Part shown: piece after piece, positions 39,171 to 52,207 of the stretch | How the letters are laid out: each line of letters starts with the position of its first letter | How positions within the stretch are numbered: the first letter of the stretch is position 1 | DNA from: Intoshia linei | Taxonomy: Eukaryota; Animalia; Orthonectida | Reading direction: 5' to 3' | Assembly (NCBI GenBank): GCA_001642005.1 | Contig: LWCA01000073.1 | Coordinates: 1-60,240, forward strand | DNA: 60,240 nucleotides | Notes under the pieces: model-generated | What the model was told of the DNA's origin: nothing | The model's input: the letters and a program-made list of their open reading frames with translations, nothing else | Database searches by the model: none | Translations under genes and position numbers: made by a program

Positions 39171-39903
39171 TAACCTATATTACAGGTACAATTACGAATG
39201 TAATTATTTAAAAGTACACTAAAATTATTTAAAGTTTAATTTAGAATGTATACATTATATTAAAAATTAATGTAATTAATATTACAGTTCCAATTGGGTG
39301 ATTAGTCAATATATCTCATTGGATATTTCACTCAATACATTCGTGTCAGTGTCAATCAAAATGCTTACATAAATTTTTGGTGCATATACTAAGGGAAATG
39401 TAATGGTCTGTTGCGGAAACATGTTTGAATCACTCAATAGCTAATTGAGCGATATATACATGTGAAATTTAGTAAGAGAGTATTGTCCATTTGATTTTGA
39501 CTCGTGTCAAAATCAATTTAGTTGGAATCAAATGGATATTAAATTTTTACTTGCGATAAATTGTAACTAAAATCATTATAGCTAAGTATAAACAAAATCT
39601 GTAGCAAAGATAAAATATCGTGATTATAATGTAGCATGTTAATTAGTGCTTAATCCTTTGTTCTAATTAATAGTTGTCTATTTATCCTTAGGTGCTTTCA
39701 TGTTTTATATATTGTGCTACAACTAAGAATAGAATCTCATCTATATTACTAGTAGTGCTAATATTTGCGCTGTAATGACAGCTCCTCCTCTTGTGCGTCA
39801 TTAAATTTTCAACATTATACTTGCGCTATTTTAATCAACTTTCCAATTATTAATTTCATTCTTTTAATTTGTTTTCGAATTAAATCATTTTTATCATTTA
39901 TAC

Positions 39904-42255
39904 ATGATTATGAATAATTTACTACCAGCTAATGTAAACATAAAACTTGACTCATCTTATTGTAATATGAATTGTTTCTATTATTAAAATTTTAATTTAG
40001 GCATAAAACTTGAATCAGTAAGTTCTATTGCTATATCAAAAAACTTTGTATCTTGTCGTGTGTGTGGAGATAAGGCTTCCGGTTTTCATTATGGAGTCAC
40101 TTCTTGTGAAGGATGCAAGGTATTTTTATTTACAAGTCTTATTATTAATATATTATATTAATAAATAAGGATTATATACATTTTACTTTAACCTATCGGT
40201 CATTAACCTTTTATTTTTGTCATAGAAATTTAATTCAAATTAAATTGTATGGATATATAAATATATATATGTATGAAATATTTGTAAATTACTGAAATAT
40301 TATAAATTGTAATACAAATGGAATGTTTAAAATGCCGACTTTTAAAGGTTTATATAACTAAATTCAATAAAATAAAATTTATTTTTTAAAATTAACGGAA
40401 AATCTGTATGATCCAATGAACCGTTACAATAATATTTCATTTTTGTTAATTAAAGTACCGCAAAGTGTTTTATAATTTAAACATTAATTAACACGATGGG
40501 AGCTGCGTTTCAATTTACATTATCGATTGTATTGTTTCAATTTTTAGTCCGTTAGAAACATTAAATTTGTGGCTTAAACACTCTGGAGAGTTTATACTCA
40601 AGTTTGAAAATTTTCATTTTTCGTATTTATTTATGTATATTGATTAAAAATTTGATTCACTCTATAAATTATGTTAGTGTATTGATTTTGAATTTCATTT
40701 GTTTGGATCGATTAGTCCCTAATTTATAAATCAATGTATTTAATATATAAATTTATATATTTATTAATTCAAAATTTTAATTTTAATGTTAAAAAAAAGT
40801 TGTAATTAATTTTAATTATAGAATTAAATTTAATTTGCCAATTAATCCAAATTTTAATTTGCTTATTGATATCCATGTCACTGTGATCCCCTGCTAATTA
40901 TTAACTTTGTAGAGTGTGAAATATGAATGTCACGATATAATAATTATTGATTAAATTAATTTCAAAATTTTAGGGGTTTTTTAGAAGATCAATACAAAAA
41001 CAAATTGAATACAAATGTTTACGTGATGGTAAATGTCTTGTTATTCGACTAAACAGAAATAGATGTCAATATTGTCGCTTTAAAAAATGTTTGGCTGTAG
41101 GAATGAGTAAAGATTGTAATTTAATTTATGGGAATTTTTTAATTATACATTTTTAGCTGTAAGATATGGACGAATACCAAAAAAAATAAAAGAACAAATT
41201 ACTAGAAATAACATGGGGAATGAGGGTTATATGAAACATGACATTACTTCTTCTTTGACAGAAAGCAGAGTAATTATTTAAAAATTAAATTTATATATCC
41301 TGTTTAGCATTTGGCTATTTATGATGTCATTCTAACAATTTCTCAGGCACATCACGCTTTTTGCTGTACGACAGAATCAAGGATTCGAGATATAAGGAAT
41401 AAAAACATTGTAAATTTACAATTTTAAAAATTTTCATTTTTTTAGGAAAATATCAAAATTGTAAATAATTTTAATACGGAAATACCTACAATGCAAGACA
41501 AAATTATATTTTTTCAACAATATGCCACATCTGTCAATAATATGACACACGGAATAATTGAATCTGCAAAAAGAACACCTGGTAAATTTAAATTGATGGG
41601 TTTTGTTTAAATTTTATCTAGATTTCAATAAACTACCACAAGATGTCCAACTCAATTTGCTAAAATCTTCTTTTTTTGAAATTTGGCTCACTCAAATGTC
41701 TCCCTTATTTAGGATGAGAACCGATGCCTTATTTTTTAATGATGGTAGTTTTATACCGCGGAGCTACCTGGAAGAAATTTTTAATGTATATTTTACATTA
41801 CATTGTATACATTTTTTGAATAGACGGACGTTGTTTCAAACATGTTTGCATTTTCCACCGGATTTACTGATTTAAATTTAAATGACACTGAAGTTGGAAT
41901 ATTTTGTGCCATCTTGCTCACCTCGCAAAGTTTTTTCATTTTTATCATTTTCAATTTTAATTTAGGTACTGAAAATATTCACAATTTAAAGTTATTACGC
42001 TATTTACAAGATAAATTAACTGATGCATTAAAATTACAATTGGGACGAACTCACCCTAATGATCCAGATTTTTACGATGATTTGATGATACGATTACGCG
42101 ATTTACGAGCAATTAATGTTATTCAACACAATTGTCTTGATTGGTTCAGGACTAAAGAAACTGCAAAAATACTAAGAATACCTGAACTTTTCAGAGAATT
42201 GAATGACATACCTTCGATCAATGATAATGAATGTCAACTTTCCGATATAATTTAA
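39904..42255 (+). CDS. E78: Nuclear receptor E78 (NR1E1)-like, multi-exon
   Basis: [25 protein letters not shown]|[47 protein letters not shown]; [25 protein letters not shown]; C-terminus HNCLDWFR...[12 protein letters not shown]. First exon uncertain. Confidence 0.92.
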
Positions 42256-42355
42256 TGTAAAATATTCTTTACAATTTATTAATTATACAATATATGTAAT
42301 TTTTAATTTTGTTTTATACATTTACTAAACATAAATAAATTTAAAAATTATATTG

Positions 42356-45320
42356 TTATACGTCATCCATATCTTCAGCTCCTTCATCGTCTTCGTCATC
42401 TTCTCCATCGTACTATAAATATAATTCAATCGATGTTAATCAATAATATAAAGTAAACGTATAAGTTTGAAACATAGACATTGACGGGTTAAAGGTTAAT
42501 ATTAATAGTTCATCAAGTTTATCATCTCGTAAAAATAGAATACTCCATGTCTTTTGGCCATCATTCGTTTCACCCATATGTAATGATTCATTAAAAATTG
42601 TCATTATTATTAATTTTTTTGGGGGTCCACAGCGAAAAATGGTTAAGAGTGCCTGGTCTATGTCATAGTGGACCTAAATTTCACAATGAATTCGTGGCCC
42701 ATTTCTGAAAAAAATGAATTAAAATGTGAGTATCATGTTGGTAATACACATCAACTAAATTATTTATTACAGAGGTAAAAAGAAAAAATTTATTGTTGAA
42801 CTAAAAAAATGAATATCCTGATTTATATCATAATTTTTTACGTTTTTCATCTATCATTAAAAAGCACCATACAACAATATTTAATAAGAACTTTATGAGC
42901 CGGACCCCGTTTATTTTTTTAATTTACGAATCTCTATATCATGGGTTATTACCCCTTATATGTATATTCGTTATTTTAAAATAAGATTTGTTGTAAAACT
43001 TAAAACTAAGTATGTCGAACTGATTGTATTTATTACACCACACGATATTTTTGCACTTATACATGCTTTATATGTACTTTAATGTGTATATTAGGGTGTG
43101 AATGAATTTTTATATCAAAAGTGCACCCTTCCACCATATGAAAATTTTGAAAATATTCAATTTGCACCCAATTTTACCGCTCAACTGTTGAAAAATCCTG
43201 GGGCATCGCCTCTAAAGTTTTGAATAATATATCGCTCACAGTAACTAATATATGACAATTTTCTTAAAAATATTATTTTAAATATAAAATTTTTTATACA
43301 AATAGCTATAAAAATGCGCAAAATTATTGTCTAGCAAATAATGAACGCCGAATTGATAAAAAAACCAATTCCAATGAGAAAATTAAATAAACACAAAAAA
43401 AATATAAATTGAAAATTAATTGTTATGGAAATAATTATTACTATGAAAATTTACTATACAAAATTAATTAAATTTTGCTAATTATTCATATTTTGAAGTG
43501 CTTTGCACATAGTTTTTTTAACCCTTTTTTATATAATTTTTTGATAATTGTGTATCATTCAACCCCATCTTCCACGTATGGGGTGGCACTTTTGTATTTT
43601 CGCAAAAAGTGAAAAAATTTACACCCCTAGTGTACATTCTAGATCAGTTCTTCTCAAAGCTCCACGTTATATAATTGGGATTCCCAGGCTAAAGTAATAT
43701 TATTATAAACAAAAACACTACTAAATTCAAATTCAAAAAAAAAAATCGAAATTTACCGACCCTTTAACTAAGAAATTGACTTTCTCTATTGTTTTTAAAA
43801 ATTTCAATTTTACCAAAAATCCTCGAAAACAATTTTTAATTAATTTCTCATTCAAATATTTTCTTTAAAAATACAATTTTACCAAACCATAAGAGAAAAA
43901 ACCACTTAATCTAAGCCCAAAAAGAAAAATATAATCAGGATAAAACCGAATTTATAGAAACTTTAAATATTTTAAAATCAGTTCATGTGAATTTTCTGCC
44001 AGCACCCCATCTTAAGAATCCACCCCTATATCGACATTTGCTGTATATAAAAAAATATATATTATATACATCTCCAAAATCGCTACCATCTTCCTCATCG
44101 TCTTCGTCAATATCTTTAATTTCACCAGTAAAATACAAAATTGCTCTAGGAATAACTTCTTCCTTAAGCATATTTCCAATTTCGTAATCCGAAGCAATTT
44201 CAGTATTTAAATCGACATCCTATATATTATAATTTTACAAAAAAGTAATTACTTTTAAAAGTTCTTCTGATTCTGGTTCTAATTAAAATTATAAAAATAA
44301 ATTATAAGTGTAAACTTTTTGGAGGATCGAAAAATTTAAAGAATGAAGGTCTTTGCACGTATTTGTTTTGAAATTTTCGCTTACCACCACGTTGCGATTT
44401 GGTAATAGTTCTCACTTTATTAAGTGTAAGATTTTTTTCTTCAGATAACCAATCAATTTTACATCTATTTGTTAATAAATTGAAAGAAATGAAATTACCC
44501 TTCACTATCCATTATAATTGGTCCAGTAAAATACAACTTTTCAAGGGGCTTATATGTTACAGTATATTTTTTGGTTAATATTGAATTTGAAAAATAGTCA
44601 TTTTTATCAAAGTGAAACTAAAAAAAAATAAGATAAAAGATAAATATAAAAATAATAACAATAAGTAAGAATTCAGCTTCATTTTCGTTTTTCATTGGTT
44701 TTAAATCTACAGTCACATCTATCAAATGCTTCAAAACTTGTTCATCTTCAGACTAAAAAAATTGTACGTGAAATAAAAAAATATAAAACTTCTATAAGTT
44801 CAGAAATCATAGTATCATTTTGAAAAACATTTAACCAAAAATTTTGCAATCCTGGCTTTTCCTCAACGTCAACTGTTGTTTCTTTCTAAATAAAAGTAAT
44901 AATTTTATACATTGAAAATATAAACAGGCAAAACTCCATTCAAATGTTCATCGTCGTCGTCTTCATCATCCCATTCACATTCTTCATCTGTAGGTCTATA
45001 CTCGCCAGATACAATCATTTTTCTCTAGAAAATTTTTTATTTTACAATACATGTATTGAGATAAAACATACCTTGTCATTCAACTGACTAATTTTGGATT
45101 GAAATTCTTGTTCAATTTCATAAATTTTTCGAAACATGTCACATTCTTGATGAATATATTCTAATTGCAACTTTTTAAGGGCTTTTATCGTTCGTAATTC
45201 AGAGCACGTATAACTTAACAATATAATAAATATATAAAATACATACTTGTCGTGACATTCCTCTTCAGGTTTACTAAATGCTGCCTTTATGTTTGTCAAA
45301 AAGTTTGGTTTTTCAGACAT
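42356..45320 (-). CDS. NAP1: Nucleosome assembly protein 1 (NAP1L1/4-like), multi-exon; acidic last exon 42356-42412
   Basis: IKALKKLQLEY, IVSGEYRPTDEECEW, GLQNFWLNVFQN, FHFDKNDYFSNSILTKKY, CKIDWLSEEKNLT, PSFFKFFDPP, DYEIGNMLKEEVIPRAILYFTGE, YDGEDDEDDEGAEDMDD. Confidence 0.95.
43092..43629. mobile_element. hAT-like MITE in the last large NAP1 intron
   Basis: Ends TAGGGTGT / ACACCCCTA; TSD GTGTATAT / GTGTACAT. Confidence 0.7.
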
Positions 45321-45601
45321 GCTTCAAAGTTAAATAATAATAACGTGAGCTTATAATTATACGATAATAACGAATTATCTGTGTTTCTTTGGTATTTTAG
45401 TATAAACTTACTTTTTTGTTTTAAAATTTAAAATGCAAATTACTTAATTGATATTTAGAGTTTGGAATATTTCTCTTATTTCTATTTAATTTATAATGTA
45501 AATTTACATATTAAACTAGTTTTGTAAATGTAATTATGTTAGCAAAGTTACATTGCAATTTTTTTATACATTATATGTAGCCAGCAAAGTCAAATATTTA
45601 A

Positions 45602-48211
45602 ATGAGTAAGGAATTTAATCAAGACACTAAAGATGAAGGTAAATGTTTATGAATTTATGTTAATAATAGCTTAATTAATTAAAAAAATCTTAAAAATTTT
45701 AATTATGCATCAAAATAGTAAAATTCATCGACAATGAAGAACCATTCCCTAACAATTATTTTTATTATTTATAATGTTTTTGATTTTATATATTAGATAT
45801 TTGTGACGAGTCATTTGAAGGTATATCTATTGTAAATTTAAATCTTTATTATAAAAATATATTGTTAATACAAATACAAATTGTCAATTAAAAATTTTCA
45901 CTGACTTGTGAATTAAAGTCTTTACCTCAATGCTTCCCAAAAGACGTGTCGCATGTGATTTCTAGATGTATGGCAAACTTTTGAAAATGTATTATAGTAT
46001 TTTTAGTAAATTTTTGTATTGTATGAAAAATGCATTTTTCATTAATTTCATAATATAAATAATATTATAATAACAAGGTAAAATTTCATAATTTATGTGT
46101 GATATATTACTATTTTTATTTGTAAAGAAACGATTTTGTACCCCATTGTTAAAAAAATATTTTTTTCTATTAAAAAGTTAACTTTAATAAATTATTGATT
46201 TATTTTCTGTTAGCTTTGCTTGATTAGATTTCAACACTTAATTACTATACGAAATGATAAAGTAAAAATTAATTTTAAACAAAAGGTTTGGTTAACGTGA
46301 ATTTTACCCAAAAGGATTGGTATAAATGGATTTTTTTAGAAATAGACGCTAATTTGTAAAGTAAAGGATAATTTGTGGTTTTGACCATGAAAATATACGT
46401 TTCTGAGGCATAGATTTACGACAATGTTAATGATTTTACAATGCGTCAGAATTTATGTTTTTTTAAATTTTAGGGTTGACTTTATTTTTAAAAAAAAGAT
46501 AAATTGGGGTTTGTTAAATTATACGACTGTTTATTTTTTAAATAAACGGTAACACATACATTTAATTTTATATAATTAAAGCACAAAATGAACTACAGTA
46601 CCGTAAAAAGTCTTGGACCCCGTACAGAATGTTAAGTTTTGTTAGATACCACAAAACTAATGTTTTTTATAAAATTTTAAAAATACCAATATAAGGGGTA
46701 ATAAATGTAGGCTTGTATTTATAGCGTCAGTATTTTAAATTGTAAAGTGTCAAAATTTTAAATAGTTTGCCAGTAAAAATATTAAATTGTCAGTATTTTA
46801 GGTGTCAGTATAAATAATTTATTGTCAGTATATAAATTGGAAGGACAGTAAAAAAAATATTTTCTCAGTACTTTAAATATAGTGTCAGTATATCCTTGAC
46901 TAACCTAACTTATATAATATACTATGCGATTTTTGTTTGTGTGTGTTTCACTTTATTGAAATAACTACCAGTCCTAGAATTTTATAAAGTCCACATTTCA
47001 ATTACAGTTTTTTCCGGGACGTATAATAAGATAAATTTAACCTCCCAAACTCACATCTTACGGGTCAAAAACCCCAACTATCCCTCTTTTTAAAAATCAA
47101 ATGAATTGTGAGAATTTAAAAAAATATATACGCTGATACGGATTTTAAAATCATAAACGTTACCATAAATTTAAAATTAAAAAAATTATATCTTCAGGGC
47201 CAAAACCACAAATTACCCTTCTTTTTTAAATGAAAACAGCTCTAGAATTTCAAAAAAGTTACAGGTGATACAGTTGTATTCTGTTAACAAACACAAAAAA
47301 TTTCAATCCGAATAAGTGGCGACTTCACAATCAAAAATATTGACAAATTAATTTTATTACTGACATTTTAATATTTATACTGACAATTTTTGTTGAAAAT
47401 ACTGATAGTTTCGGTAATTAAATACTGACAAATAAAATACTGCCCATAAATGTAATAATTTACTTAATTATGAAATATTATTAATTTTATTAAATTTCAA
47501 TTAAAGAATTATTACCAATAATTTTAGTCACAAAAGTCTTGGTCCCCCTGAATTATATTAATTTTTTGGTGGTTACAATTATTTTTTAAAGCTTGATGAA
47601 AATTAATTGTTTAATATTTAGTATGTAGTTCAATGGACTTGATTCTTCTTGGAATACTCTTGTATAAGTTGAGTAAATTGTAGTATTTTTAAAAAATTTT
47701 TAGATAATAATGTTATAAATTTCAATACGATGTATCAGTGAAACTTTCTTTTTTTAATTTAATGTTAATCAAAAGTGTAAAAACTTTATTTTAATATAAT
47801 TTTTTTTAATTACCAAAATTATTATTTTTATGCATTACCAAATATTATTGATCATTCAATGGTGATAAATATCTCGTCATTGTCATAATTATTAGAAACT
47901 ATTTTTATAAATTGGATTTACTATTTTAAACATATTATTATGATATGAGACGTGTGTGAGCGTGTTTACAATTGTAGTAAATTATATGTTTAGTCGATAT
48001 CACTCAATTATAACAGAGACAAAATGGCCCAATGAAAAATATAAATATAAAAAAATGTTTAGCACTAAAATCTTTGTCAAAATTATTACAAACTGGACTT
48101 AACGAAGAATCATTAAAAGTGTGTGTAAAATTATGTAAATTAGGAGTGAACCCGGAAGCTTTAGCAGCATTAATCAACCAATTGCGACAGGATAAAAACG
48201 AAACTGAATAA
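45602..48211 (+). CDS. MZT1: Mitotic spindle organizing protein 1 (MOZART1, gamma-TuRC); exons 45602-45638, ~45798-45821, 48063-48211
   Basis: LSKLLQTGLNEESLKVCVKLCKLGVNPEALAALINQLR matches the MOZART1 signature LLxTGL..E.L..CV.L...GVNPEALA. Confidence 0.9.
46594..47700. mobile_element. Tc1-like end with a nested (GTCAGTAT)n foldback and a Helitron A 5' fragment (~46905-47338) in the MZT1 intron
   Basis: TA-CAGTACCGTAAAAAGTCTTGGACCCC with an inner repeat at ~47530; CAGTAT units 46725-46892 mirrored by ATACTG units 47357-47443. Confidence 0.6.
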
Positions 48212-48244
48212 ATGGATAATTTAATAATTAAAGATTAAAATAAT

Positions 48245-51171
48245 CTATTTTTTATGTGACTGTTTATGTTTTTGACTATCTTTATGATGGTATGTTGTTT
48301 CTCCACATATTTCACAAATGAACATTTTATTTCTACGTTGTTTGTGCATATAAGCGCTTTTTATTCCATGTATTTTTATTTGATGTGCTTCCAAACTGCA
48401 TCTTTGAGAAAATTGTTTATTACAGTCAATTTCATTACATTGAAATGGGCGTATGCCGGTATGAATTCTAGTGTGTCTTTTAAGATCAAAAGTGTCATTA
48501 AATCCCTTGAAACAGATGGAGCAAATAAATTTTTTAATAGCACTGTGGCTATTCAAATGTCTATACAAAAGTTTCACCATTTTAAACTTTTTTGTGCATA
48601 TTTTACAGAAATAGTAGTCCTTTTCTATTATTACTAAATTAAAATGTTTTCTGTAATTATTAGTATTATTACTGTTATTTCTACGATATGCATTTAATTG
48701 ATCAAATATTGGATTCTTGAATCCGTATCCGCCGTTAACTGATACTATTGAATTTTCTCCATGAATCTATATTTCAATTTAATTTTTTTAATATAATAAT
48801 ATTACCTCTATAAGAGCATTTACTATATCATTTTGTATATTATTCATATCTAATGGTCCATTTGTCAACAAATCTTGTTCATTTGCAGTATATAAACCTC
48901 TTACAATTTCAATAGCCCTTTTGTAATAAATACTAAAATTTTTATGCTTATTCTCACTTATATTTTGGTGATGCTTAAATGAGCTATGGGCAGAAAAATT
49001 GATTGGGGTTCCAAAAAAATTAGTTGAATAAGGCAATAATGCTATGGTGGAATCGGATTCTATTTTCAAAGTGGAATTGTAATTTTTTATTGGTATTGGG
49101 TAGGGTAATTTATATTGTATAGTTTGGTTTATTTCATTTTTATAGGTTTTATTTGAAAATTTAGATGGAGTAAAATTTAATGGGGATATTTTCCAATTAA
49201 GTGACCTTCCAATAAAATTATGTGCATTTATTGATGTAATAGTTTTTCTTTTCGTTTTTTCTAATAATGAGTTTGTATTTAATTTATATATTACAGTATT
49301 ACCTGTCTTATTCGATTTATTTATCAAATTTAATATAAAAAAATTTTTATTTATTTCAGATTGTAAGATTGTTTTTTTTGTGGAATTTTTTTCATTTTCT
49401 AAAATAATTAATTAATAAAAACGTTTTACATTTATTTATTGTAAATATTATGGATTATGCATCAACTTTTTTTCAGTGTACCTAGATTTTAAAACACGAC
49501 ATTTATTTAGTTCCCCGTATGTTACAAACATTGAGACCGTTGTCAAACATGAACCTTGAAAGTTTTATTGCATTTAAATTAAAATTAGTCCGTTAGGTTT
49601 AATTACATTTTGTATTAATTAACCACTATAATTTTAATTATTATTTGAATTCGAAATCTAAATCTCAGACTTTATGGCGTAATTAAGATAATATGAAACT
49701 TTAAATTTCATGTCACAAGGAATTTTGATAATTAACGCAAAAACAGATTAAATATTAATCCTTGTTAACTTGATATTTATAGTAATTAAGATTTCAAGTG
49801 GCACTACAAATAATGCAATTCTTTCATCCTATTGTTTAAATAAACGCTATAAACTTTTATAGTGTTCATTTAAATCTAATTTGTTTATAATAAACAAATG
49901 ATTATCAAAAACCAGACGAACTGGCGCTATTTAATATGGGATATATGATTCAGTGTTGTATGGTTTTAAAATTATATAATTATCGTGATTGATAAATTTT
50001 TTTGTTTGTTTTAACTTATAGTTAATAAATTGTGGCGGGAAATTATTATCATCGATAAACTGTATACTTGTATGATACTTTTATAAATACATATTTTATA
50101 TAATAAATATTGATAATTCTGAATTATAACAGCTTGATATTATAATATTTATAACATGTATTCATCAAATTACATTGAATGGTTAGATGGATGGTGAAAA
50201 ATACTAAATTGTACATAAATTAATTTTGATTTTAAAATAAAGTATAATTTAGGTCATGGGTCGTTAACCTTTTGCGTCTCCTGGTCCACTTTTTTTTTTA
50301 TCAAAAAATTATATGGGCCCCGTTTTTGAAAATTTACACATGATAACATTCAATTTTAACTGAAGAAAAAAGGTTCTACCGTATTCCACAAAATAATATC
50401 CATGGCGATCTGAAAATTTAGAGTTTATCATTATTATGAAAACCTTTATCCTGTCTCTAATAGTTGCCGTGGTTGTTAGTACTATTGCTTTAAATATGTT
50501 GATTTATATATGATAACTAAGATATATTCAAAATTTGGTTTTATAGTTTTTTAAAATTTTATTTTTACTAGGCGATAAAAATAATATATTTAATAAAATT
50601 CTAAAAAATGGACGATAACGCAAAATGGATTGGGAAATAATGATTTAGAATAATGAAAATGTTAGTACATTAGTGCAGAAAATTTACTAAATTATGGAAA
50701 TACTGAAAAAAGTTTTTATAAAAAATATTCTTATAGACAGAGTTTACTGTATATGTATAATGCAATTAGCAATATATTTAACATATTATACTAGTGGATT
50801 GAAACTATTCCCATAAATACAATTTTAAAAACATCAAAAAATTTAAATTTTATACTGATAATAATGTCAATTTTCAACAAATAATTATGTAAATCATTTA
50901 AAAGTGCGACATATATATAAAGTGTGTTTATATCTACAATAACGTTTATCAACCGAAATTGTTAGAAAAACAAAAAAATGTGAATTAAAAATGATTAAAA
51001 ATTACGAATTTTGACTTTCTTGGGTATTGGACTAGAAGATTTGGAAGAAGTTTTGTCAGATTCTGTAACATGTCCGCTGTCATTTCCACTGTTTTTATTC
51101 ATTGGATCCGTTGAAATCAAAATACTTTCAATGGTAAAAGGTGTATTTATATTTTTATGTGGTAAATGCAT
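48245..51171 (-). CDS. ovo: Ovo/OVOL C2H2 zinc-finger transcription factor; exons 51006-51171, 48806-49398, 48673-48766, 48245-48633
   Basis: Four fingers with the Ovo signature KGFNDTFDLKRHTRIHTGIRPF...FSQRCSLEAH...HKQRRNKMFICEICG; upstream VNGGYGFKNP motif; all exon phases compatible. Confidence 0.93.
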
Positions 51172-52207
51172 TATGCTAAAATAATAAATTAATAATATTA
51201 ATGTTGTTTTTATAATATAAAAAATTTACCTTGAATTTAAATTTTGATCCTAATGTTAAAATAAAATAATAACTATAAAATGAAATACAAATTAATGTTA
51301 TAATATTAAAGTAATTAAAATTATGTTTATATTTTTATATAACTAACTTGACCATGTTTAATATTTAGTCAAACCTATCCAAGTATACAGTGTATATAGT
51401 TGTTTATACTTCCAATCATATTCATTTATATAAATCAGTATAATCTTGTTTAAATTAATTATATACGACCGCCTTATTTATAAGTATGTAAGGATATGTT
51501 ATTCCATTGTTTCTTACTGTGCATTACATGTAAGTGAAATGATTATATTTTTATACATAACGGTAGACGGCTACTGTTTAAGAATACAGTAACGCTTATA
51601 TGTGGGAAAATAATTAAATAATTACTGCACAAATGAATGTACAATTTAATGAATAAGTGTAAGATAAATTTTAAAAGAATAATAGATTCAATATAAAGAA
51701 TCATTTAAATTTAGACAGGAAGCTTTTTTCAATTTAAAATAAAATTTTATTTACAAAAGTTAAAAAATGAAATATTTCGACTTTAAAGATTTTTAACCCA
51801 ATTCCAGAAAAAATAATTCATTAAAATTGTAAATAAATTGTATCGACAATTTTTTTTGAATGTGATGGTATATATTCAGTATCTGTTTTCGATAATTAAA
51901 AAACCTTTAGTATCGATAATTGGCGGAATTAACACCTTAAAAACGTAAAGAAACAAATTTCGGGTGAATTTTACCAACATTGCAATAAATATAAAAATGA
52001 TAATATCAAATATAATAAATTTGTACTATGCATTCAATTTTAGTGCAAGATGATATTAAACTTTTTGAAATTTTAAAATTGCGTAGAAATGAAAAAAATT
52101 TCGAAGGAATGAATTATATAGATTTTCACCCATATTTATTTATTGAAAATGTGTAGACGTTCAATGCACATTTTTTTTTGAAATTGTAAAATTAATATTT
52201 ATTTTAA

